Source: Roseibacillus sp. | GTDB taxonomy: Bacteria > Verrucomicrobiota > Verrucomicrobiia > Verrucomicrobiales > Akkermansiaceae | Assembly: GCA_965242925.1 (NCBI GenBank) | Contig: CBDEUM010000009.1 | Location: 97,514 to 161,513, forward strand | Length of the DNA: 64,000 bases | Direction of reading: 5' to 3' | In this document: piece after piece, positions 9,333 to 17,539 of the stretch | Position numbering within the stretch: the stretch's first letter is position 1 | Layout of the letters: each line of letters begins with the position of its first letter | The notes under the pieces: generated by a model | Databases searched by the model: none | What the model was told of the DNA's origin: nothing | The model's input: only the letters and a program-made list of their open reading frames with translations | Made by a program: the position numbers and the translations under genes

Positions 9333-10340
9333 ATGAGATTGCTCATCTGCCCGATTCTCCTCGTTGTCCCCATTCTGGCGAAAGCCCAGGCCCAGAACCT
9401 CACCACCGGTGACCTCAAACTCGAGGGCAGCGTGGCTTTCACGGAAGGTCCCGCCTGGCACCCCAGCGGCAATGTCTACTTCACCGACATCGCCAACAAC
9501 CGCATCATGCGTCGCGACCCGCAAGGGACGATGCATGTCTTCCGCACGCCCTCGGGTCGGGCCAACGGACTGCTCTTTGACCAAAGCGGTCGCCTCATGG
9601 CCTGCGAGGGTGGCGGGGAAGGCGGCAACCGACGGGTGACCCGGACGGAGGAGGATGGAACGATCACCGTCCTGGCCGAACGCTACCAGGGGAAAAGGCT
9701 CAACTCGCCTAACGATCTCGCGGTGGACTCCAAGGGCCGCATCTACTTCAGCGATCCGCGCTACGGCAACCGCACTGATCTTGAACAGTTTGACGACCAC
9801 GGAAAGGAAATCGAGGGCGTCTACCGTATCGATGGCCCCGGGAAGATCGTCCGCCTCATCACCCACGAGGTGCATCGACCCAATGGCATCCTGGTCTCGG
9901 CAGACGACAGGTTCCTCTTCGTGGCTGACAATGTGAACGACGGTCCCGATGAAGGTCTGGGAGGGAACCGCAAGCTCTGGCGCTTCGACCTCCAGGCGGA
10001 CGGATCGATAGATCCCAGGAGCCGGAAGCTCCTCTTCGACTGGGGCAGCGACCGAGGGCCCGACGGGATGGCCCTGGATTCCAGAGGCCGCATCTTCGCC
10101 ACTGCCGGATTCAACTTTCCCAAGCCCCCGGTGGAGACCAACAGCAAATACAAGGCTGGTGTCCATGTCTTCTCCCCCGAGGGCACGCTACTGCAGACCA
10201 TCCCGGTCCCCGCTGACATGATCACCAATTGCACCTTCGGAGGACCGGCACTCAAAACTCTCTTTGTCACCGCTGGTCACAAACTCTGGAGCATCCCGGT
10301 CAAGGACGCCGGCCGCCTGGCGTGGCCCCCGGCGAAGTGA
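9333..10340 (+). CDS. SMP-30/gluconolactonase/LRE family protein, secreted
   Basis: Motifs FTEGPAW, ANGLLFD, RLNSPNDLAVDSKGRIYFSDP, RPNGI, GPDGMALDSRGRIF, TNCTFGG. Signal peptide. Confidence 0.93.
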   Translation: MRLLICPILLVVPILAKAQAQNLTTGDLKLEGSVAFTEGPAWHPSGNVYFTDIANNRIMRRDPQGTMHVFRTPSGRANGLLFDQSGRLMACEGGGEGGNRRVTRTEEDGTITVLAERYQGKRLNSPNDLAVDSKGRIYFSDPRYGNRTDLEQFDDHGKEIEGVYRIDGPGKIVRLITHEVHRPNGILVSADDRFLFVADNVNDGPDEGLGGNRKLWRFDLQADGSIDPRSRKLLFDWGSDRGPDGMALDSRGRIFATAGFNFPKPPVETNSKYKAGVHVFSPEGTLLQTIPVPADMITNCTFGGPALKTLFVTAGHKLWSIPVKDAGRLAWPPAK

Positions 10341-10367
10341 CGAAGGCTCCAGAACTGTACAAGGCAA

Positions 10368-10397
10368 GCGGCGCCTTTTGAGGCGCCGCCCGGTTTT
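10368..10397. terminator. Hairpin between convergent genes (probable terminator)
   Basis: Perfect 9-bp stem GCGGCGCCT-TTTG-AGGCGCCGC (10368-10389) between the SMP-30 and L,D-transpeptidase stop codons. Confidence 0.6.
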
Positions 10398-10398
10398 G

Positions 10399-11001
10399 CT
10401 AACGAACGATGGTGACCCGGGTTCCTGCAGGAGCCTTCGCAAAAAGGGTCCTGGCCATTTCACGCGGCATCCGAACGCAACCGTGGGAGGCCGGCGATCC
10501 GGGATTCGGGATCGGCCCAACGTGCATGCCGATTCCCGATCCGGTGAGTCGCATCCAGTAGGGCATGGGGCATCCCACAAATTTTCCGCCCTCTGGTATC
10601 GAGTGACAACGGGTGTCCGCATCGCCCACCTTGACGTTCCCGTTCGCATCGTAAATCCGGCCATAGAGGGTGGAGCGTTTAGCGGTCACCTTTTCCAGGA
10701 TCGTGAAAGACCCGATGGGAGTCGAGTGCCCGGCGCGGCCGGTGGCAACGCGGGACTGCCCGACTTTTACTGCTCCACGAAAGAAATAGGCCGTCTGCTC
10801 ACTCAAATCGATACGGACCCGCAAAGGAGCGCTGACACCGTGATCCGACCAGTAGGAATACTGGGTTTGCGTGGCCCCTTCGCGGAGTTGGTCGATGCGC
10901 ACGGGACTGGCTTGCCTCAACGATGTGCGGTGCGTAGACGTGGTGCAGGAGGGCAGAAGCACCAGGAGGGCGGCAGCGGCAAGAAGATGGGATAGTTTCA
11001 T
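10399..11001 (-). CDS. L,D-transpeptidase (YkuD/ErfK family) lipoprotein
   Basis: Lipobox LLPSC, RIDLSEQ, VATGRAGHSTPIGSFTILEK, MPYWMRL, and catalytic GMHVG...ASHGCVRM. Confidence 0.92.
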   Translation of the reverse strand: MKLSHLLAAAALLVLLPSCTTSTHRTSLRQASPVRIDQLREGATQTQYSYWSDHGVSAPLRVRIDLSEQTAYFFRGAVKVGQSRVATGRAGHSTPIGSFTILEKVTAKRSTLYGRIYDANGNVKVGDADTRCHSIPEGGKFVGCPMPYWMRLTGSGIGMHVGPIPNPGSPASHGCVRMPREMARTLFAKAPAGTRVTIVR

Positions 11002-11170
11002 GGTGTGGTTTTGATTGGTCCTTGACGAGGCAACGGAGCGGGGCTCCTTGTTGCCTCCACCGGAAAACCTGCCCTGCGGTTTTCAAGTTTTCGCCGGTCC
11101 ACATGAAAAACAGGCCCTTGGCAGCGAATTCTCGTCAAAATGGAAAGTCTGGTCTAGACCCATCGAACTC

Positions 11171-12034
11171 ATGGTGACCCCGGACAACCCCCAAGCCACC
11201 CCCCTGCAGGACCTTGACGAATGGGAGGATGACCTGCTGCGACGCTATCCGAAGGAGGGCGGGGGCGATCGCAAATTCCGTGACTACGAAAGCGAGGCCC
11301 GATCAAGTGTCCGTGAGTTCTATCGACTGAACCACCACCACCAGACGATGGAATTCGTCCAGGAGAAACGTGCCGAATATCTTCCACTCAACAAACGCAG
11401 GATGACGGTGTGGGAAGCCCTGGAGTATCTCAATACCCTCGTGGACGACAGCGACCCGGACATTGACCTGCCCCAGATTGAGCACCTCCTGCAGACCGCC
11501 GAGGCCATCAGACGCGACGGTCATCCCCGCTGGTTTATCCTGACCGGTCTCATTCACGATCTGGGCAAAATCCTCTGCCTCTTTGGTGAACCTCAGTGGG
11601 CAGTCGTGGGCGACACCTTTCCCCTCGGCTGCAGGTTCTCCGAGAAAATCGTCTATCACGAGTTCTTCTCCGACAACCCGGACTCTACCCGACCGGAATA
11701 CGCTACCCCGCTCGGCCTCTACGAGGAAGGATGTGGACTCAACCAGGTGACCATGTCGTGGGGACACGACGAGTATCTCTACCATGTGGTCAAGGACCGC
11801 CTGCCCGAGCCCGCCCTCTACATGATCCGCTATCACTCCTGTTACCCGATCCACCGGGAGGGAGAGTATGCCTGTCTCATGAACGACCATGACCGCGAGA
11901 TGTTCGCCTGGGTCAAGGCCTTCAATCCCTACGACCTCTACACCAAGAGCAGCCAGCGGGTGGATGTCGCCGCCCTGCGGCCCTTCTACGAGGATCTGAT
12001 CGAGGAATACCTCCCCGGAAAACTGGCATGGTGA
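11171..12034 (+). CDS. miox: Inositol oxygenase (MIOX family, di-iron HD-domain)
   Basis: Motifs [73 protein letters not shown] at 11171. Confidence 0.93.
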   Translation: MVTPDNPQATPLQDLDEWEDDLLRRYPKEGGGDRKFRDYESEARSSVREFYRLNHHHQTMEFVQEKRAEYLPLNKRRMTVWEALEYLNTLVDDSDPDIDLPQIEHLLQTAEAIRRDGHPRWFILTGLIHDLGKILCLFGEPQWAVVGDTFPLGCRFSEKIVYHEFFSDNPDSTRPEYATPLGLYEEGCGLNQVTMSWGHDEYLYHVVKDRLPEPALYMIRYHSCYPIHREGEYACLMNDHDREMFAWVKAFNPYDLYTKSSQRVDVAALRPFYEDLIEEYLPGKLAW

Positions 12035-12123
12035 ACAGACGGATCTCTGAATGGCATTACTGCCAAAAAGCAGGAAAGCCCAGGAACTGGTCGGAGATTA
12101 CTTCATCCAAGCCCACGCGGTGC

Positions 12124-15100
12124 ATGACCTCAACCTTCAGATCGGGGCAACCCACTTCGACCCAGGGGATTACGCCATTGCTGCCCACGGCAAGCACGGG
12201 TATCCGTGTCGCCTTTCTCGCCCTCTGCCTCCCGGTCGCCGGCCCATTGCTGGCAGATGACGACTTCCCGATTGTTCCCGCTGACCTCGAAGTCTCGCTT
12301 TTCGCCAGGGACCCGCTGGTCCGCAATCCCTGCGCTCTCGCCTTTGATGGGAAGGGCCGGCTCTGTGTGGGAATGGGTCCGCAATACCGCAAACCGACCC
12401 CCGGGACGCCTGGTGACTCGGTGTGGATCCTGATCGATGAAGATGGGAATGGGACTGCCGACTCGCGGAAGGAGTATGCCTCCGGGTTCAACTCCATCCA
12501 GGGACTCGCGTGGCGGGGAGGCGACCTGTATGTCGCAAATGCCCCGGAACTCACCATCGCACGTGATCTCGACGGCGACGACGAAGCAGATGAGTATGTC
12601 CGCCTCTACACTGATCTCGGCAATCTTGAGCACGGGCTTCATGGATTGAACTTCGGCCCTGACGGCAAGCTCTACATGTCGAAGGGCAATTCGAAGGGTT
12701 TCACCCAGCCACCCCACCGCGTGGCTCCCCAGCCCTTCCGTGACCTCTGGGGAGTCAAGGCCCCCGGACTGCCCGACTTCCCCGCGCCGATCACCTATAA
12801 AAAGGGCCATTACCAGAAGAATTACCATGACCCCGCCGACGACTGGGGCCTCAGCGGGGGGATCCTGCGTTGCGACCCGGATGGCTCCAATCTCGAGATC
12901 GTCTCCCGGGGATTCCGTAATCCCTGGGACATCTGCTTTGATGACGAATTCAACTGGCTGGGAACCGACAACGATCAAACCCTCGGCGACAAGATCTTTT
13001 CGCCCTTCTTCGGGGCTCACTTTGGCTGGGGCCACATGTGGGCCTACGACTGGCAGGGCGACCAGCACCTCCCCACCGCCCCTTCCGCCGGTCCCCTCTT
13101 TGAGGGTTCGGGAACCGGGGTGATCTACTGCGGACTGGAGTCCTATCCTGAGAAATATCGCGACATTTTTCTCATCAACGACTGGTTGCGTCGTGAGGTC
13201 TATCTCTATCGACCCAGGTGGGTCGGGGCCTGGATGCGATCGGATCGCGAGAAACTCAAGATCTTTGCCCACGCCGGAGGAGGAAGGACCATGGGGCAGA
13301 GCGAGGGACGCCGCTTCGATCCGGTGGATCTCGAACTGGGGCCGGACGGCGCCGTCTACATCGCGAGCTGGGGCCGCCAATACGGGTTGAAGGAGGAAAA
13401 CGGACGACAGGTCAACGAAGGGCGAATCTACCGAATCTGGCCCAAGGCAGCCCCTCCCGATCCGAGTGCGGCGCAAAGTCCACACCGCCGCAAACCGATG
13501 GTCAGGTGGACCCCGGGTGAACTGTTCCGGGATCTGGGAAGCCACGTCCCTGCATGGCGGACAAATGCACAGATGGAAGTTCTCGCGAGAGAGATCGACG
13601 ATCGGGACTACGTGATCCGGGTCCTTCCCGGGACAAAACGGCTGGAGACCTGGAAGGTCTGGACGATGGGGCGCCGGAATCCGGGAGCGGCACAGGATGC
13701 CACTCTCCTCCGGATGATGCTCGATCCCTCCTCGCAGGGCACAACACAGGTCATGCGCCTGCTCGCTCACCGCGTCAGGACCCGGGGTGGAAACGAACTG
13801 CCCGATCTCGCCCGCTCACAGTTGGAATCAAAAGACGCCCGCCGCAGGCATGAGACGGTTCTTGCCATGTGGCAGGTCGGAGAGACGCGCTGGAATGAGG
13901 ACCTGCTCCGGTTGATCGCCCACGAGAAGGACCGGGTGGTGTTCTACTCCGCCTGGGGTGCCCTGAGGGAACTCATGCCGAACGGAGAACGCCGGAGGTT
14001 ACTCTCCGACCCGCGACCCGCCGTACGGAGAGCAGCCCTGCTCTCGCTGCTGGAGGAGGATACCCTGGCGGACCCGGAGATCCGGGCCATGCTGACCGAC
14101 TCTGATCGGGATACTGCTGCCCTTGCGAAAGTGCGACTGGGAGGGAAGGCCCAGACGGAAATTCGCGGGAGCAGTCTGGAACGGGGGGCTGACCCTGAGA
14201 ATGCAACGGAGGCTGGTCGCTCTCCCGGCCCCCGGCCGGTCTCGGTGGTCTCGAACATTCAAAGCCGGGAGCGCGCGCACTATGAGGAAGCCTACCTGAC
14301 TCTGGGAACGCACGCCTATACCGACCGCCGATACCGCATCAAGGACCTCCCGTCCGAACTGGAAGGGCTCACCTTTATCCGGGCTGCCAACAACGATGCT
14401 GATCACAAGCACGGCTCCTTTCTCAAGATCAACCTGCGCTATCCCTCCACCGTCTTTCTCGCCGACGACATGCGGGGCGGCCAACTGCCCGCCTGGGCGC
14501 GAGGGAAGTGGGCTCCGACCAAGCTTGTCCTCTCGACTGATGACGCCTCCCACCGACTATTCAAGGCGGAGTTCCCCGCGGGGGAGGTGCTCTTCGGACC
14601 GAACAGGGAAGGCGTGGAAGGGCGAAAATCAAACTACCTCGTCATCCCCATGCCGCAGATCCTGGCCCCTCCGCAGCAACCTTCGACCGTCAAAGCGGTT
14701 CTTCCACTGATAGCGAAGGCCAATGCAGAGCGCGGACGCGCGCTCTTCCTGAGCAGGAGTGGAGCGGACTGTGCAAGGTGTCACAAACTGGAAGGCATAG
14801 GTAATGTTTTTGCGCCCGACCTGCACGGCATTGCAACGCGGGCCACGGCTGAATTCATCGTGCGCTCCATCCTTGAGCCGAGTGCCGCCATAACGGAGGG
14901 CTTTGTCCTGCATGTCGTGAAAACCAGAAGCGGGGAGCACATTCCCGGCATCGTCATCAAGGAAACCGCCCGGGCCGTGACTCTGGCCCTGATGGACAGC
15001 TCGACCAGGGTGGTGGCCACCAACGATATCACCAGTCGGGAAACCATCCCCACCTCCGCCATGCCGCCCGTCTTCGCACAAATGCTGACCCCTCAGGATG

Positions 15101-16101
15101 TGGCGGATCTCACCGCCTATCTGCTCATCCCGAAGGAGAACGGATCCACCCAGACGACCCCGCCCCCACCAGCAGAGACCGAGGCGGCCCCAACCGGCAA
15201 AGCCTCCCCCCTTGCGGGGAAGCAGTGGGGCAATGCGGACAAGGGCTTTTCTCTTGCTTGCGACGAAATGCGCCTCGCCATCCACTTCGACGGAACCGAA
15301 ATCGCTTCCTACTACTACCGCCATCCCGACACAAAACGCCCCTTTTTCGCCCATGTGAAGACGCCGGGCGGTATCCAGGTCACCCGCAACTTTCCTCCCC
15401 GGAAGGGAGTTGATCCGACCGATCACGGGGCCATGCATCCGGGGATCGCCCTTGGCTTCGCCAACTTTGAGGGGGTGAGCTTCTGGCACAACAGCGAGGG
15501 AATCGTGATCCAGGAAAAGTTTGCGGGGGAACCCGAAGCGGGACAACAGGCGAACTGGACAGTGGAAAATCGCTACCTGGCGCCCGGCGGTCGCGAGATG
15601 TGCCGCGAGACCGCCAGTTACCGGATCTCGAAGAACAGGGACGGCTTCCTGATTTCGATGGATTCAAGGCTCCATGGCCCGAAGCCGTTCTGGCTGGGTG
15701 TGCGGGAAGAGATGGGCCTCGCCATGCGGGTGGCCACACCCATCATGGTGAAGAACAAGGGCTCCATCCTGAGTGCCGGCGGAGGCCGGGACGAAAAGGG
15801 GACCTGGGGCAAGGTTGACCGATGGTGGGATTACTATGGACCCCTCGGCGACAAGAGCGCCGGGATTCAGCTCATGAGCGGACCAGGCAACCCGCCCGTC
15901 TGGTCCCACAGCCGCGACTACGGTGTGCTGGTAGCCAATCCGCTTCCGGTGGACAGGGACGGCAACCGGGACAAGAAGGTCGTGGTGGAACCGGGCGAGG
16001 AATTCCGCCTGCGATTCGGAATCCAGATCCACGAACACGACAAGCGGGAGCAGTTCGACCCCGAGGGCGCATACCGGCGCTACCTGAAGTTGCCTGAATA
16101 G
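12124..16101 (+). CDS. PVC-type membrane-bound dehydrogenase-domain protein with HEAT repeats, an inserted beta-sandwich module, cytochrome c, and a C-terminal PmoA-like (PF14100-type) domain
   Basis: LEVSLFARDPLVRNPCALAFDGKGRL, HGLHGLNFGPDGKLY, RGFRNPWD, PVDLELGPDGAVYI. CARCH at 14770-14784, SAMP. Then KRPFFAHVKTPGGIQVTRNFPP..DHGAMHPGI and WSHSRDYGVLVANP. Start uncertain (12028 or 12124). Confidence 0.88.
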   Translation: MTSTFRSGQPTSTQGITPLLPTASTGIRVAFLALCLPVAGPLLADDDFPIVPADLEVSLFARDPLVRNPCALAFDGKGRLCVGMGPQYRKPTPGTPGDSVWILIDEDGNGTADSRKEYASGFNSIQGLAWRGGDLYVANAPELTIARDLDGDDEADEYVRLYTDLGNLEHGLHGLNFGPDGKLYMSKGNSKGFTQPPHRVAPQPFRDLWGVKAPGLPDFPAPITYKKGHYQKNYHDPADDWGLSGGILRCDPDGSNLEIVSRGFRNPWDICFDDEFNWLGTDNDQTLGDKIFSPFFGAHFGWGHMWAYDWQGDQHLPTAPSAGPLFEGSGTGVIYCGLESYPEKYRDIFLINDWLRREVYLYRPRWVGAWMRSDREKLKIFAHAGGGRTMGQSEGRRFDPVDLELGPDGAVYIASWGRQYGLKEENGRQVNEGRIYRIWPKAAPPDPSAAQSPHRRKPMVRWTPGELFRDLGSHVPAWRTNAQMEVLAREIDDRDYVIRVLPGTKRLETWKVWTMGRRNPGAAQDATLLRMMLDPSSQGTTQVMRLLAHRVRTRGGNELPDLARSQLESKDARRRHETVLAMWQVGETRWNEDLLRLIAHEKDRVVFYSAWGALRELMPNGERRRLLSDPRPAVRRAALLSLLEEDTLADPEIRAMLTDSDRDTAALAKVRLGGKAQTEIRGSSLERGADPENATEAGRSPGPRPVSVVSNIQSRERAHYEEAYLTLGTHAYTDRRYRIKDLPSELEGLTFIRAANNDADHKHGSFLKINLRYPSTVFLADDMRGGQLPAWARGKWAPTKLVLSTDDASHRLFKAEFPAGEVLFGPNREGVEGRKSNYLVIPMPQILAPPQQPSTVKAVLPLIAKANAERGRALFLSRSGADCARCHKLEGIGNVFAPDLHGIATRATAEFIVRSILEPSAAITEGFVLHVVKTRSGEHIPGIVIKETARAVTLALMDSSTRVVATNDITSRETIPTSAMPPVFAQMLTPQDVADLTAYLLIPKENGSTQTTPPPPAETEAAPTGKASPLAGKQWGNADKGFSLACDEMRLAIHFDGTEIASYYYRHPDTKRPFFAHVKTPGGIQVTRNFPPRKGVDPTDHGAMHPGIALGFANFEGVSFWHNSEGIVIQEKFAGEPEAGQQANWTVENRYLAPGGREMCRETASYRISKNRDGFLISMDSRLHGPKPFWLGVREEMGLAMRVATPIMVKNKGSILSAGGGRDEKGTWGKVDRWWDYYGPLGDKSAGIQLMSGPGNPPVWSHSRDYGVLVANPLPVDRDGNRDKKVVVEPGEEFRLRFGIQIHEHDKREQFDPEGAYRRYLKLPE

Positions 16102-16130
16102 CGCCTCTCCCCGCCAGGAACGACTGCCTT

Positions 16131-17534
16131 CTACAGCACCACTTCCCGGATCACCTCTCCCGCCACATCAGTCAGACGGAAGTCCCGACCAGCATAGCGG
16201 TAGGTGAACTTCTCATGATCGAATCCGAGGAGGTGCAGAATCGTGGCATGAAGATCGTGGGCCTCGACCACGTTTTCGACCGCTTCAAAGCCGAACTCAT
16301 CGGTCGCTCCGTAGACCGTGCCTCCCTTCACTCCGCCCCCCGCCATCCAGACCGTGAAGCCATAAGGATTGTGATCGCGACCCAGCCTGGACTTGCCCGC
16401 CCCGTTCAGTTCCACCGTCGGGGTTCGTCCAAATTCCCCCCCGAAGATCACGAGAGTATCCTCCAGCATGCCTCGCTGCTTGAGATCCGTCAGCAGCGCC
16501 CCCACCGGGTGGTCCAGCTCTCCCGCCAGCTTGCGATGATTCTCCTCGATCTTGTCATGGTTGTCCCAGGGCTGCCCCGCCCCATGCCAGAGTTGCACGT
16601 AGCGCACCCCACGCTCGAGAAGACGGCGCGCGATAAGCGTCTGTCGCCCGTGTATCCCCCGCCCGTAGAGATCCCGGAGGTAGGCCGGCTCCCGATCGAG
16701 ATCGAAGGCATCCGTAGCATCCATCTGCATGCGATAGGCCAGCTCAAAGCTCTGGATCCGGGCGCGCAGTTGATCGTCCCTCCCACCCCTCGCCGCAAGG
16801 TGACCCCGGTTGAGGCCCTGGAGAAAATCAAGCTGTGCGCGCTGTCCTCCAAGCGACTGGCCGCTGTTGTGGATATGTTCGATGAGCTGCTCGACCTGCT
16901 CATGTTTACTGTCGATAAAGGTCCCCTGGAAGGTTCCGGGAAGAAAGCCGGCCTGCCAGTTCTGTGCACCCTTGATCGGATAGCCCCCGGGAGACATCGC
17001 GATGAAGGACGGCAGGTTGGCATTCTCCGTTCCCAGTCCGTAGGTCACCCACGATCCCACGCTGGGACGACTGAGGATGGCATCCCCGCAATTCATCAGC
17101 ATGAGGGACGGCTCGTGGTTGGGCAGTTTCGCCTTCATGGAGCGGATGACCGCAATCTCGTCCACGTGTTCCGCGACCCCTGGAAATATGCTGCTCACCT
17201 CGATCCCACTCTGCCCATGAGCCTTGAACTCAAAAGGCGAAGGGAACGCGGCCCCCGTCTTGCGTTCGGTGCGAAACTTGCCCCGGGGAAGTTCTCTGCC
17301 CGCATGAGTTTGCAGGGCGGGCTTGGGATCAAACGTGTCCACGTGGGATGGCCCTCCATTGAGGAAAAAGTGGATGACCCGCTTCGCCGTTCCGGGAAAG
17401 TGCGACTGGCTGGCCGCCCCTTCCGCAGAAAGCACCTCCCCAAGTCCCAAGGCACCAAGACCCATTCCGCAACGTCGTAGAAAGTGACGGCGGTCGAGGA
17501 CGTGCTGGCCCGTGCTGTTCATTGGAGGATTCAT
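16131..17534 (-). CDS. DUF1501 family protein with Tat-like signal
   Basis: DRRHFL, AKRVIHFFLNGGPSHVDTFDPKP, ARRLLERGVRYVQL, WDNH, GGEFGRTP, GRDHNP, GRDFRLTDVAG. Start is 17534 or 17522. Confidence 0.93.
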   Translation of the reverse strand: MNPPMNSTGQHVLDRRHFLRRCGMGLGALGLGEVLSAEGAASQSHFPGTAKRVIHFFLNGGPSHVDTFDPKPALQTHAGRELPRGKFRTERKTGAAFPSPFEFKAHGQSGIEVSSIFPGVAEHVDEIAVIRSMKAKLPNHEPSLMLMNCGDAILSRPSVGSWVTYGLGTENANLPSFIAMSPGGYPIKGAQNWQAGFLPGTFQGTFIDSKHEQVEQLIEHIHNSGQSLGGQRAQLDFLQGLNRGHLAARGGRDDQLRARIQSFELAYRMQMDATDAFDLDREPAYLRDLYGRGIHGRQTLIARRLLERGVRYVQLWHGAGQPWDNHDKIEENHRKLAGELDHPVGALLTDLKQRGMLEDTLVIFGGEFGRTPTVELNGAGKSRLGRDHNPYGFTVWMAGGGVKGGTVYGATDEFGFEAVENVVEAHDLHATILHLLGFDHEKFTYRYAGRDFRLTDVAGEVIREVVL

Positions 17535-17539
17535 CCTTA

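Noticed and set aside
12130..13770. Long antisense and alternate-frame ORFs (for example 12130-13770, 16215-17480, 25408-26829, 48800-50491, 61932-63230)
   Set aside because: They are shadows of well-supported genes in high-GC DNA and contain no recognisable motifs.
15220..16101. Methane monooxygenase, suggested by the 'PmoA' family name
   Set aside because: This is a soluble domain unrelated in pattern to the integral-membrane pMMO subunit, and there is no pmoB or pmoC nearby.
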